The notes: generated by a model not told the origin, from the letters alone. A stretch of 64,000 nt of DNA from an uncultured Nitrospina sp. (GCA_964510965.1 CAZECX010000002.1:21011-85010); one strand, 5' to 3'. Counted from the stretch's first letter, positions 29,358-38,889 are shown. Translations and numbers: made by a program.

Positions 29358-30488
29358 ATGAAAATTGCCATTATTCGACAAAAGTTTGTTCTTTATGGTG
29401 GCGCCGAACAATTTGCCGATGGATTTATCCACCAAATTGCTGAATCCGGACATGAAGTTCATATTTTCGCTAATAGCTGGACCCCTTCTCATCACACCAA
29501 TATCCATCACCACTTTGTAGCGACCCTTAACCTCAACGCATTTTTTAGAACCCTGTCCTTTGCCAGATCGGTTGCCAAAAAAGTTCGTGAGCAACCTTTC
29601 GATATCATTCAAAGCCATGAGAAAACCTGGCTTCAAGATGTTTATCGAGCAGGCGATGGATGCCATAAAAAGTGGCTACAACAAAGAGGAAAACAAAATT
29701 CCCCGATAAAAAAACTATTCCTTTTCTTTAATCCCTTTCACCAACTTATTCTCAAACTGGAGAAAAATATATTTGAATCGGGTCAATGTAAAAAAATAAT
29801 TGCCATTTCGCAAATGGTAAAAGAAGACATTTTGGAGAATTATAACTGCCCGCCGGAAAATATTTCTGTAGTTTACAATGGGGTCGATCTAAATCGTTTT
29901 CACCCCGACAACAAAAATATTTATCGCAAATCCATCAGAGAACAATTAGGGATACCGGAAAATTCTATTTTAATTTTATTCGTAGGATCCGGATTTGAAC
30001 GGAAAGGCCTTCAATTTTTGCTTCAATCCACCGAGCATTTAGAAAATAAAGATTGGAGATTACTTTTAATGGGCAAAGGAAACTTTGAAAAGTTTATGCG
30101 GTTTGCGCCAGCTAATAAACGCGATCAGATAATTGCAAAAGAACCTGATCCCGAAATAGAAAAATATTATGCTGCGGCAGATTTGTTTATACTTCCTTCT
30201 ATTTATGAGCCGTTTGGAAATGCAAATCTTGAAGCCCTGGCAACAGGTCTTCCCGTTATCACAACAAAATTTTGCGGGGCTGCGAATATCATTGATTCCA
30301 GTCAAAATGGTCTGATTATAGAAGACCCTTTTAATCCTAAAGAAATTGCAAAAAATATTAATTCTCTCTTCAACATCTCAGCCCGAGAAACAATGGGAAG
30401 GAAAGCAAGAGAACTTGCTGAACAATTTCCCTTGGAAAGGAATAATCGAGAAATGCTAAAGATTTATGAAAATATGATCCTCCCTTGA
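29358..30488 (+). CDS. Glycosyltransferase family 4, WaaG/RfaG-like LPS core glycosyltransferase
   Basis: MKIAIIRQKFVLYGGAEQF N-terminus. FVGSGFERKGL. EPFGNANLEALATGLPVITT (EX7E region). AGGTGA RBS. Confidence 0.75.
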   Translation: MKIAIIRQKFVLYGGAEQFADGFIHQIAESGHEVHIFANSWTPSHHTNIHHHFVATLNLNAFFRTLSFARSVAKKVREQPFDIIQSHEKTWLQDVYRAGDGCHKKWLQQRGKQNSPIKKLFLFFNPFHQLILKLEKNIFESGQCKKIIAISQMVKEDILENYNCPPENISVVYNGVDLNRFHPDNKNIYRKSIREQLGIPENSILILFVGSGFERKGLQFLLQSTEHLENKDWRLLLMGKGNFEKFMRFAPANKRDQIIAKEPDPEIEKYYAAADLFILPSIYEPFGNANLEALATGLPVITTKFCGAANIIDSSQNGLIIEDPFNPKEIAKNINSLFNISARETMGRKARELAEQFPLERNNREMLKIYENMILP

Positions 30489-30491
30489 CTG

Positions 30492-30695
30492 CTATCGGGC
30501 TTTCTGGACCTCCATAAAATCCAAATCCAGTTTCTTTTTTGCCCACCTTGAAATTTTAGTTTTTCTGGTTGAGGTCATAGATTTATTTTCTTCTTTCGTC
30601 TGAAAAGACTTCCAATGCAATTTGCTGAGTTCCTGCCCTGAAATGATTTTTTTTGTCTGCCCTTGAGCGTCCAAGACTTTCACATCAAAAAACAT
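30492..30695 (-). CDS. Small basic protein of unknown function (67 aa)
   Basis: Track ORF 30492..30710. The internal ATG at 30695 is preceded by GGAGG with an 8-nt spacer (ATGGAGGTAAAAGCCATG). Lys/Arg-rich C-terminus. Confidence 0.45.
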   Translation of the reverse strand: MFFDVKVLDAQGQTKKIISGQELSKLHWKSFQTKEENKSMTSTRKTKISRWAKKKLDLDFMEVQKAR

Positions 30696-30912
30696 GGCTT
30701 TTACCTCCATACAGTAGGTAGTGGTATTTCTACTGATATTGCAAAGGTTTTGCCAAAATTTTCCTTACGAAAAATAATGTCCTTAAGGCCTTATTATACA
30801 ATCGCTTTAAAAATTGGGGCTTGAAAAAGGGGTTATTAGATGGCATTGGAAAGTTGCAGTTTCGTATAACTCCGTGCAGTAATGTATACATACGAACAGA
30901 GGGGAAAGAATT

Positions 30913-30959
30913 GATAATCCGGTTATTTTCTGAATTAACAAAAGACAACCGGTATTATC
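30913..30959 (-). terminator. Candidate stem-loop downstream of the CDGSH gene
   Basis: GATAATCCGGTT-N22-AACCGGTATTATC (12-bp stem, one bulge), 37 nt past the CDGSH stop. Only a weak T-tract follows. Confidence 0.3.
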
Positions 30960-30995
30960 AATATAAGCGTAAAGCGTGAAAAATTGGCTTTCGAT

Positions 30996-31226
30996 TCAGG
31001 ATTTAGAATGGGTCCCATCGCACATAGGGGACTTGCCCGTTTTACCACAGTCGCAAATTACAAGCCGTCTTGCCTCATCTACTATAAATTCTTTCGGAGT
31101 TTTTCCTGTTGCCTTAGCACTGTGAGATCCATCGCAATAAGGCTTATTTGCTGATTCACCGCAGGTACAGTAATTTTTTATTCCTGGAGTTTCGTCAACA
31201 AACATTGGAGAATTTTCATATGCCAT
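30996..31226 (-). CDS. CDGSH-type iron-sulfur domain protein (two CDGSH motifs)
   Basis: CTCGESANKPYCDGSH and CDCGKTGKSPMCDGTH. Track ORF trimmed to the ATG at 31226 (MAYENSP), which has an AAGGA RBS. Confidence 0.85.
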   Translation of the reverse strand: MAYENSPMFVDETPGIKNYCTCGESANKPYCDGSHSAKATGKTPKEFIVDEARRLVICDCGKTGKSPMCDGTHSKS

Positions 31227-31348
31227 GAGTATTTCCTTCATAAAAGTTGATAGGAAAGTAACGGTACAGAATATTTTTGACATGTCAACAATTTTAAAAT
31301 CGTCTCTGATTTAAATTACATATTTCAAACAAAATTGAAAAATAAAAT

Positions 31349-32707
31349 ATGAAGATCCTGGTAACCGGGGCTACCGGTTTTGTAGGTAAAACGCTACTTC
31401 CTTTACTAATCGAAAAAGGTCACGAAATAATTGTTCTAACTCGCGATTCCAAATCCGCTCAAGTTCGCTTACCTGTAGCCTGTAAAATTATTGAATGGAA
31501 AAATAATCCCCTTAACAATGAGGAAGGTATTGAAGCTGTAATCAATCTATGTGGAGAAAACGTTGCCAACGGACGTTGGACATTAAAAAGAAAACAAACA
31601 ATATATGACTCAAGAATTGTATCCACCCGAAACCTAATAAATTCTATTCGAGAAAACCGAAATCCTATCAAAACCTGGATCTCCGCATCAGCTATAGGCA
31701 TCTATGAAAACGCAATTGTATCTAATGAGTCATCGCCGAGCGGACAAGGGTTTCTTGCCAAAGTCTGCAAGGACTGGGAAGAGGAAACCTTTAAGGCTAA
31801 GGATTTAAATATTCGTACAGTCGCATTTCGAATTGGAATGGTATTAGGATTCGATGGTGGTGCAATGGAAAAATTATTACCCCTTTTCAAGCTTGGGTTG
31901 GGGGGAAATATCGGCGATGGAAATCAATGGATGAGTTGGATTCATGTGCGCGATCTTGCAGGGCTAATAGTTGAAGCCATCGACAATACTTCCTATGAAG
32001 GCCCGATAAATGCTGTCAGCCCCAATCCCGCAACCAATCGGGACTTCACCTCTACATTAGCCGAAATAATTAAACGACCAGCTATCTTCCCTGTTCCCGT
32101 ATGGATACTGAAATGTATATTTGGAGAAATGTCTCAGATATTAGTTAATAGTCAAAAAGTTTCTTCAGACTTGGTTAAAAAATTGGGCTATAAATTTATC
32201 TATCCAAAATTGAAAGGTGCATTAAAAAACATTGGCGATCAAAGCGGTCACACTCTATTGATGGAACAATGGGTTCCTCAACCTATCGATAAGATATTTG
32301 AATTTTTTACCGACCCAAATAATCTGGAGGCCCTGACCCCAAAATTTTTACAGTTTAAAATACTCAAGGTCACATCCACACCTATTCGAGAAGGAACCAT
32401 TCTAGATTACAGTTTAAAAATAAGAGGGGTACCCGTCCGCTGGCAATCTAAAATTACCGAATGCATTCCTGAAAATCGTTTTGCCGACATGCAAACGCGA
32501 GGCCCTTACTATTTTTGGCATCACATCCATGAGTTTTTTGAAAAAGATGGAGGAACAGTTATTCGAGATAGGATTTTCTACAAACTGCCTGGGTGGATTC
32601 CAGGTGATATAATCGCCCATAGATTTGTGCGAAAGGACCTGGAAAAAATTTTTCTTTACAGAAGAGAAGTTGTGGAAGAGTTGTTTGTCCATCCAAAAAA
32701 TAATTAA
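31349..32707 (+). CDS. TIGR01777-type (YfcH/SDR39U1-like) epimerase-family Rossmann protein fused to a C-terminal SRPBCC ligand-binding domain
   Basis: MKILVTGATGFVGKTLL and a DUF1731-like end (KVSSDLVKKLGYKFIYPKL). This is followed by ~150 aa of SRPBCC-like sequence (WVPQPIDKIFEFFTDPNNLEALTP...GPYYFWHHIHEF). Confidence 0.7.
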   Translation: MKILVTGATGFVGKTLLPLLIEKGHEIIVLTRDSKSAQVRLPVACKIIEWKNNPLNNEEGIEAVINLCGENVANGRWTLKRKQTIYDSRIVSTRNLINSIRENRNPIKTWISASAIGIYENAIVSNESSPSGQGFLAKVCKDWEEETFKAKDLNIRTVAFRIGMVLGFDGGAMEKLLPLFKLGLGGNIGDGNQWMSWIHVRDLAGLIVEAIDNTSYEGPINAVSPNPATNRDFTSTLAEIIKRPAIFPVPVWILKCIFGEMSQILVNSQKVSSDLVKKLGYKFIYPKLKGALKNIGDQSGHTLLMEQWVPQPIDKIFEFFTDPNNLEALTPKFLQFKILKVTSTPIREGTILDYSLKIRGVPVRWQSKITECIPENRFADMQTRGPYYFWHHIHEFFEKDGGTVIRDRIFYKLPGWIPGDIIAHRFVRKDLEKIFLYRREVVEELFVHPKNN

Positions 32708-33741
32708 ATCCAACCACGAATACAAAACCAATAAAGTTTCAAAATTGGATTCAATAAATAATCGACAAGTGGATTATTCAATCCAGTAACGGCAATGGTT
32801 TCTTGATATAGTTTGACAATTTCCTTGTCTGCAACTTTTCGGGTAGATTGGATTTTTCTTCTTTTTCTACTAATCTTTAGAAAATTAGCCGCAATCTCAC
32901 AATAGCTCTTCAATTTCATAAAAAACCAACCGTGAAAGAGGGAATGGACTATTTGCGAAGCTTCAACCAATAAAACTGCAGGAGCGATCAACCACAAAGT
33001 TTTAGATTCAAAATTTTTCAACAATATATGAAGCCGGTTCTTTTCCGACTGATAAAATTTAAGCACACCTTTATTAAAATTATAATGATGGCTACAAATA
33101 GAATCTGGAGTCACCATCAGTCTCCATCCCATCATCCTTATTCGCCAGGAGAGATCATGGTCTTCATGATATAAAAATAAATCTTCATCAAACCCGCCGA
33201 CCTTTTCATACACTTCCCTTGGTAGCATGAAGATTCCTCCACACGCAGACTCTGTAAGGGGCAATCCGGGTTGATCGAGCTGATCAATCATATTGGGGCA
33301 GGCAACACCTGTATAATTCACCAGCACTCCATAGGAGTTTATCCTTGCCTCTTCTTTTGAAGAATCGTTCTCAGTGGTTGAATAATATAAAATTTTGGGG
33401 ATCGCTGCACCCACCGTAGGGTCAGAGTCTAGTAGTGCTCCCAATTGTCGAATACAATCCGATTGCAAAGCCAAATCATTATTCAAAAAAATAAAATAGT
33501 CGCCTTTGGCTTCCTGAAATCCCTTGTTCACAGCCGATCCAAATCCCAGGTTCTCCCTATTCTCAATCAACTTGACAGAAGGGAACTCATTTAACACATG
33601 AGTTTGCGAACCATCTTCAGATCCGTTGTCTACAACCAGGATTTCCAGGTCATCATAATCCTGATCCAATAAAGAGCGAAGACATCCAGAAAGAACGTCT
33701 TTTCCGTTCCAATTAACGACAATGGCTGAAATTTTTTTCAT
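32704..33741 (-). CDS. Glycosyltransferase family 2
   Basis: ISAIVVNWNGKDVLSGCLRSLLDQDYDDLEILVVDNGSEDGS, a DxD-type NNDL, and HEDHDLSWR. Its stop shares TTAA with the convergent gene. Confidence 0.85.
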   Translation of the reverse strand: MKKISAIVVNWNGKDVLSGCLRSLLDQDYDDLEILVVDNGSEDGSQTHVLNEFPSVKLIENRENLGFGSAVNKGFQEAKGDYFIFLNNDLALQSDCIRQLGALLDSDPTVGAAIPKILYYSTTENDSSKEEARINSYGVLVNYTGVACPNMIDQLDQPGLPLTESACGGIFMLPREVYEKVGGFDEDLFLYHEDHDLSWRIRMMGWRLMVTPDSICSHHYNFNKGVLKFYQSEKNRLHILLKNFESKTLWLIAPAVLLVEASQIVHSLFHGWFFMKLKSYCEIAANFLKISRKRRKIQSTRKVADKEIVKLYQETIAVTGLNNPLVDYLLNPILKLYWFCIRGWI

Positions 33742-33805
33742 GGGCCAATTTACTCAAGAAAGATAATTCGGGAAGGCAAATAGAGCAATTTGATACTGTA
33801 AAAAA

Positions 33806-34999
33806 TCAAACTTTAGATTTTTTAATCAAGTTGAATAGAAACTCTGATGAAAATTCGGCAAAATGGCGATGACCGATTTCGCTAAAATGACCATCATTGG
33901 GAATAAAATTTTTCTGTAAAAACTCATCATCGATTTTTTTAAATAGATCAAAAGCATTAAAATGAGCAATCCCCTCCGATTCAAGAAACTCATCGAATTG
34001 TTTTACTGGCAAGACAGGAAAATTGCGGTATTGATGAACACCCCCAAAATGGATTACTGCAAGCTCACCGCCATTGGCCTCGACTTCCTGTTTGAGTTTC
34101 ACAAATAGCTTTCGTGTTAAAACCCAACCTTCAGAATCAAAGAAAAATAAATCATCAAATATAGAAACCGTATCCTTTTTATATTCAGGGGGACTCGGTT
34201 TTTTTTCATCCGCTTTTGTCAGGTCAGCTCGATTTGCTTTTTTGTTTTTCTGTGTATCCCCAGATTCTTTTTTCTCTGTTGAGGAAACTTTTTTCATATA
34301 ATCCGGCAAAAACATCCTCTTAAAATAATGTTCCAAGTGGTTGTATTTGGTTCGGGTAAATTGATATAAGCCGCTATTGTTCCAAAGCCATTTATTAAAG
34401 TTTTTTCGTTTTGCCTGCAAATGCTTGAACCACCCCACTTCATATTCATCTAAAAGTGGGCTCATATCTCCGCTTTTAAATTTATCGATATTGTTCCCAA
34501 TATCATTACACCAGCAAAAAGCAACTACTGTCAGGTCTGGTTTATATTTCCGCGCTTTGATATGGAACATTTGCATTTGCTGCCACGTACCCGTCCCACC
34601 CACACCGAAATTGATTACTTCCACTCCCGCTGGTATTTTGTTCGACAAATCTTTTTCCCAAACTCCTGCAAATTTAATTTCCGGATCGACCGCTTCTGCG
34701 GATGTGAATGAATCGCCTAATAATGCGATGCGATATTTTTCAGGAACCCGGTTTACAGGATAGGCTTTCCCCAACAATCCGTCGGAATTGACCTCAACAT
34801 GCATCTTTACCTTATTTTCAGTGAGGTGCCCTTTTGTATCAGGACAATAGGACCTGCCCATCACCGGGTGATAACAAAGGACACGATTCGGCTCAAATTC
34901 CCAAAAAGTCCTAACCCCAAACTCCAATATCAAGAGAAAGAACAAAATCGGTATCAATGAAAAAATGAATATTTGTTTTTTAGAAAATTTTCGCGTCAT
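33806..34999 (-). CDS. Membrane-anchored SGNH/GDSL-family hydrolase or acyl-esterase with a Lys-rich insert
   Basis: N-terminal TM. Block I LLGDSFTSA. Block V-like NDGHFSEIGH. Insert KKVSSTEKKESGDTQKNKKANRADLTKADEKKPSPPEYKK. ATGA overlap with the upstream GT4 gene. Confidence 0.65.
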   Translation of the reverse strand: MTRKFSKKQIFIFSLIPILFFLLILEFGVRTFWEFEPNRVLCYHPVMGRSYCPDTKGHLTENKVKMHVEVNSDGLLGKAYPVNRVPEKYRIALLGDSFTSAEAVDPEIKFAGVWEKDLSNKIPAGVEVINFGVGGTGTWQQMQMFHIKARKYKPDLTVVAFCWCNDIGNNIDKFKSGDMSPLLDEYEVGWFKHLQAKRKNFNKWLWNNSGLYQFTRTKYNHLEHYFKRMFLPDYMKKVSSTEKKESGDTQKNKKANRADLTKADEKKPSPPEYKKDTVSIFDDLFFFDSEGWVLTRKLFVKLKQEVEANGGELAVIHFGGVHQYRNFPVLPVKQFDEFLESEGIAHFNAFDLFKKIDDEFLQKNFIPNDGHFSEIGHRHFAEFSSEFLFNLIKKSKV

Positions 35000-36078
35000 T
35001 TTTTATTAATTAGAGAATCTTCAAAACACTTAATAAGATGTTCGCAATTCGAATCCCAGGAAAATTGTCTTATCTTCTGGTATCCTTTTTCCGCAAGGTT
35101 GAGCCTCAAAGAATTATCTGTCAAAACCCGAATTAGATTTTTTGCCAAAGCTTCGGGGTCTTTGCTAGGAGAAACTAATGCTGTTTCTTCATTCAACGCA
35201 TAATCACGACTCCCTCCCGTATCCGTAGTCACAAGTGCCGTTCCACATATCATCGCTTCCATCGCGGGCATCCCCAGACCTTCATACCAGCTTGAACATA
35301 AAAATGTACCGCAAGAAGAATAAATTTTCCGAAGTGTTTCACCCGTAGGACGATAATGGTATTCGAATTTAAAACCTGCTTCTTCATATAAATGAGTCGG
35401 ATCTTTAAGCTTTTCACCAAATACAACGGGCTCAATTTTGCAGTTTTCTGAACGAACTATTTTTATCGCCTCAATCGCATCCTTATACCCTTTCCAGTCA
35501 TAATCATGATGAAGGAAGCAAACTCGCGACACTGCATCCTCATTTTTTTCCTCTCTATAAAAAGAATCCTGATTCACAGGAGTCACAAGAACCCCTGCTT
35601 CCTGTTGATACTGTTCTTTGAGAATTTCTTTTAGCCAGGTTGATATCACCATTTTCCTGAAAGGTAAATGATATGTTTTTTGCGCCTTACTCTTGTCCCG
35701 AGTCCATAAGCTTTCATGATGTTGAACAAAATAAAACTTTTCCCCTTTACTGGCAGGCAGGGAAGCAGAAAAATCTGCTGTTTGCCATGCAGTCGCCAAT
35801 AAAATATCTGAAACTGGAATCAAACCTGCGTCATTGATAGATAGTTTTTCAATAGGAACGTCGTTTTCCATCCAGTCAATGACATCAGGAGATAAAACAG
35901 TAACCTCCTTATTCAAAAATCGGGGCCAGTGATCCATCCGATACCATCGAGCCGGTTTTGCGAGAACGAACCAACGCACGGAATGCCCCATTTTCTTCAA
36001 ACGGTTGGCATATTCAAACAAAGCGCGATTCCCTCCGCTGATCCTTGCATATTGGCTGGCGAGAAATGTGATTTTCAT
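34996..36078 (-). CDS. Glycosyltransferase family 4
   Basis: MKITFLASQYARISGGNRALFEYA. C-terminal YEGLGMPAMEAMICGTALVTTDTGGSRDY. Confidence 0.8.
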   Translation of the reverse strand: MKITFLASQYARISGGNRALFEYANRLKKMGHSVRWFVLAKPARWYRMDHWPRFLNKEVTVLSPDVIDWMENDVPIEKLSINDAGLIPVSDILLATAWQTADFSASLPASKGEKFYFVQHHESLWTRDKSKAQKTYHLPFRKMVISTWLKEILKEQYQQEAGVLVTPVNQDSFYREEKNEDAVSRVCFLHHDYDWKGYKDAIEAIKIVRSENCKIEPVVFGEKLKDPTHLYEEAGFKFEYHYRPTGETLRKIYSSCGTFLCSSWYEGLGMPAMEAMICGTALVTTDTGGSRDYALNEETALVSPSKDPEALAKNLIRVLTDNSLRLNLAEKGYQKIRQFSWDSNCEHLIKCFEDSLINKK

Positions 36079-36166
36079 TTAATTGGTGATCAGGCAGGAA
36101 AAATCTAAATTAAAAACGGGTTTGCTTTAGGTATCTCACGGTTGAATTTAGAAAAGAAATGAAAAG

Positions 36167-36571
36167 TTACTCCAGTATCTTCTCATAAAAAGTATCCGGG
36201 TCTTCCGGGTCAAACGATTCGTTAGCATACACTATTAATACCATATCGTCTTCACCGATATTCTTGATAGCATGAATAGCACCGGGTTCGATTTTGATGG
36301 TCTTCAAATTATCGACTCCCATCAACACTTCGCGGGTCTCTCCGGTTTCCCTATCTTTTAATAATAGCAACCCTTTTCCGGCCGGCACACAAAACCATTC
36401 CACCTTGCGGGTATGATAATGATTTCCTCGGACCTTTCCAGGGTAGGCAACGGAAACATGCAATTGTCCAAACTCCTTGCACCCTTCTGGCAACTCTCCT
36501 CCCAGCACTTCTATCAGCCAACCTCTTTCATCCGCTTTTTTATCAAGATCAAGAATTTCGATATTTTTCAT
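36167..36571 (-). CDS. Cupin-fold sugar-nucleotide epimerase/isomerase-like protein (CapF C-terminal / WxcM-like)
   Basis: ERGWLIEVL...VAYPGKVRGNHYHTRKVEWFCVPAGKGLLLL cupin core. Trimmed to the ATG at 36571, which forms an ATGA overlap with the SDR gene stop. Confidence 0.65.
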   Translation of the reverse strand: MKNIEILDLDKKADERGWLIEVLGGELPEGCKEFGQLHVSVAYPGKVRGNHYHTRKVEWFCVPAGKGLLLLKDRETGETREVLMGVDNLKTIKIEPGAIHAIKNIGEDDMVLIVYANESFDPEDPDTFYEKILE

Positions 36572-37428
36572 TTTTTGCCCGTTCCATAATATTTCAGGGA
36601 CTGCTCGATACCCTGTGAAAGAGATGTTTTGGGTTTCCAATTAAAATCCCGCATGAATTTACTTGCATCGCAGCAATACGATATCCTATCTTCGGCTCCA
36701 GGCTTAAACTCTACCTTTATCCCCTTCTCATTTTTTTTGATCGTAGTTACAATTTTTTTCAAAGTAGTGATCGTACCCGAGCTAATATTATACGCCTTTC
36801 CCGCCAGAGATTTTTCCTGAAATCCAGACAACAAAAAGGCCTGCACAACATCATCAATATAAACAAAATCCCGGCCTTGGTTACCCTGCCCATTTATTTG
36901 CAGAGGTAGATTTTTTTTTGCTCGCTGGCATAATGTCGCCACCACAGAATTGTAATTAGGGCGGCACCCGGGACCATACACGTTTGCCAACCTTAAGATC
37001 GTATGAGGAAGCCCGGAAATGCGAATCAAGTCCTCAGCCGATTTTTTGCTGATCCCATAAACCGATTCTGGTTGTAGTGCGCTTGATTCAGAAATTTTTG
37101 CAGAACCTTTTTTGAGGCGATATACCTGCGACGAGGAAGCAAATATTATTCGCGGTTCTCCATGTTTTCGGATTGCTTCCAGCAAACGTAATGTTCCCGT
37201 AATATTTCCCGTCAAAATTTCTTCATCGGTTCCACGGTTCACACCTCCCAAATGAAAAATCAGCTCCACTCCAGATACGAATTTTTTTAATTGTGCTGAA
37301 GTAGGAAGCAACTTACCCCGAGGGAGAGACGTTACCTTTCCATACTCCTTTAACGCCGTCACAAGATGAGAACCAATAAAACCAGAGGCTCCTGTTACAC
37401 CGATACGAATGGAATTGGGATGGGTCAT
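36568..37428 (-). CDS. NAD-dependent epimerase/dehydratase (extended SDR)
   Basis: GVTGASGFIGSHL Rossmann motif and YGISKKSAE (YxxxK). Trimmed to the ATG at 37428 so that the GxxGxxG motif sits near the N-terminus. Confidence 0.85.
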   Translation of the reverse strand: MTHPNSIRIGVTGASGFIGSHLVTALKEYGKVTSLPRGKLLPTSAQLKKFVSGVELIFHLGGVNRGTDEEILTGNITGTLRLLEAIRKHGEPRIIFASSSQVYRLKKGSAKISESSALQPESVYGISKKSAEDLIRISGLPHTILRLANVYGPGCRPNYNSVVATLCQRAKKNLPLQINGQGNQGRDFVYIDDVVQAFLLSGFQEKSLAGKAYNISSGTITTLKKIVTTIKKNEKGIKVEFKPGAEDRISYCCDASKFMRDFNWKPKTSLSQGIEQSLKYYGTGKK

Positions 37429-37727
37429 TAGGTAGAGTTTATAAAATATACACAAACAGGAAAGAGGTGGCCTCTTTCGAGGCAGGAAACAGGTCAATAA
37501 GAAATTCCAGCCCGGAGTTCCCCGCTTCTAGATGTAGGTCATATCCAATATCAGGACAATTAAAAATTTTCTTACCATTCCAAGTATAACCCTTATTATT
37601 ATGCAAAACCATATAGAAGCCCGATTGAATTCCAGCTCTCTCTCTGTTAGCCTCTTTCAAGATAACTTTCATATTCTAAAGGCTTTTAAGTCTTGACGGC
37701 AATTTTCTGCAAAACCTTGAGAACTCC

Positions 37728-38846
37728 ATGCGCCTTATACTAATCCTGCTTTTCTTTTCCCAATTTGCCAGTCCAGCCTTGGGACAAGAACCCACCCAGC
37801 GCTCACCTAAATTTCAAGCAGCTTTGCCAGGCTACAATTATCAGTTTCCGCGCGATGATTTCTCTCACGATGATTTTCGTATCGAATGGTGGTATTACAC
37901 CGGAAATCTGGAAAATGAAAAAGGAAGACGGTTTGGTTATCAAATGACTTTTTTTCGCGTCGGACTTGAAGGCGACCAACCTATTAAAAATCCTTCAAAA
38001 TGGAAGGTCGATCAAATCTATTTTGCCCACATGACCGTCTCTGATATTCAAAATAAAAAATTCCATTTCTTCGAGCGCATCAATCGAAAAGGAATCAAAA
38101 ATGCCGGAGCCGAAACCGACCGCTTTATGATATGGAATTCGGATTGGAATTTATCCGCCGATGGAGACACGCAAAAAATTATAGCCCTGGAAAATGATAC
38201 AGGCATAGAGCTCAACCTCACTCCCGTTAAAAAAAGGGTGTTTCACGGTAAAGACGGTATCAGCGTAAAAGGCAGCGATAAAGGAAACGCTTCGCATTAT
38301 TTCTCCTTCACGCGAATGAAAACGGAAGGTTCCATTTTTATAAAGGGAGAAAAATTCAAGGTGATAGGAAGCAGTTGGATGGATCGCGAATTTTCCAGCA
38401 ATCCATTAAACCCATCTCTGGTGGGATGGGATTGGTTCTCTCTCAAACTCGATAACCAAACCGAGATCATGCTCTACCAGTTACGACAAAAAGATGGCAA
38501 TATCGATGCAAATTCCAGCGGAACTTTTATCGCTGCGGACGAAAACTACCAGCACCTGACATTAAAAGAATTTTCCATCACCCCTAAAAGTTCCTGGACC
38601 AGCGAGAAAACAGGTGCCACCTACCCTGCTGCCTGGGAAATTCATCTTCCAGACTCAGACACCCTTCTAAGGGTCACTCCCGATTTTTCAGATCAAGAAC
38701 TTTATCACCTGAGATCCATATCAGGTTCCTATTGGGAAGGCAGCGTTGCAATAACAGGGACTACAAAAGGCAAACCGGTAACGGGAAAAGGCTATGTGGA
38801 GTTGGTGGGTTACGAAAAAGCCCTCAAACAAGACTTACCCGACTAG
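37728..38846 (+). CDS. Secreted AttH/CrtC-family (hydroxyneurosporene synthase-like, lipocalin-type) protein
   Basis: Signal peptide MRLILILLFFSQFASPALG. FPRDDFSHDDFRIEWWYYTGNL...GYQMTFFR. SWMDREFSS. Confidence 0.75.
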   Translation: MRLILILLFFSQFASPALGQEPTQRSPKFQAALPGYNYQFPRDDFSHDDFRIEWWYYTGNLENEKGRRFGYQMTFFRVGLEGDQPIKNPSKWKVDQIYFAHMTVSDIQNKKFHFFERINRKGIKNAGAETDRFMIWNSDWNLSADGDTQKIIALENDTGIELNLTPVKKRVFHGKDGISVKGSDKGNASHYFSFTRMKTEGSIFIKGEKFKVIGSSWMDREFSSNPLNPSLVGWDWFSLKLDNQTEIMLYQLRQKDGNIDANSSGTFIAADENYQHLTLKEFSITPKSSWTSEKTGATYPAAWEIHLPDSDTLLRVTPDFSDQELYHLRSISGSYWEGSVAITGTTKGKPVTGKGYVELVGYEKALKQDLPD

Positions 38847-38889
38847 CGACTCGCCGTCGAGAGAAAAAAGACAGCTTTACCCTTAAGCG

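Noticed and set aside
30730-30948. 72-aa minus-strand ORF between the small basic protein and the CDGSH gene
   Set aside because: It overlaps the candidate terminator hairpin and has no RBS and no motif.
37439-37672. 77-aa minus-strand ORF filling the divergent region between the SDR gene and the AttH-like gene
   Set aside because: It has no RBS, no motif, and sits in a promoter region. It ends only 10 nt before the SDR start, so a leader peptide cannot be excluded, but the evidence is insufficient.
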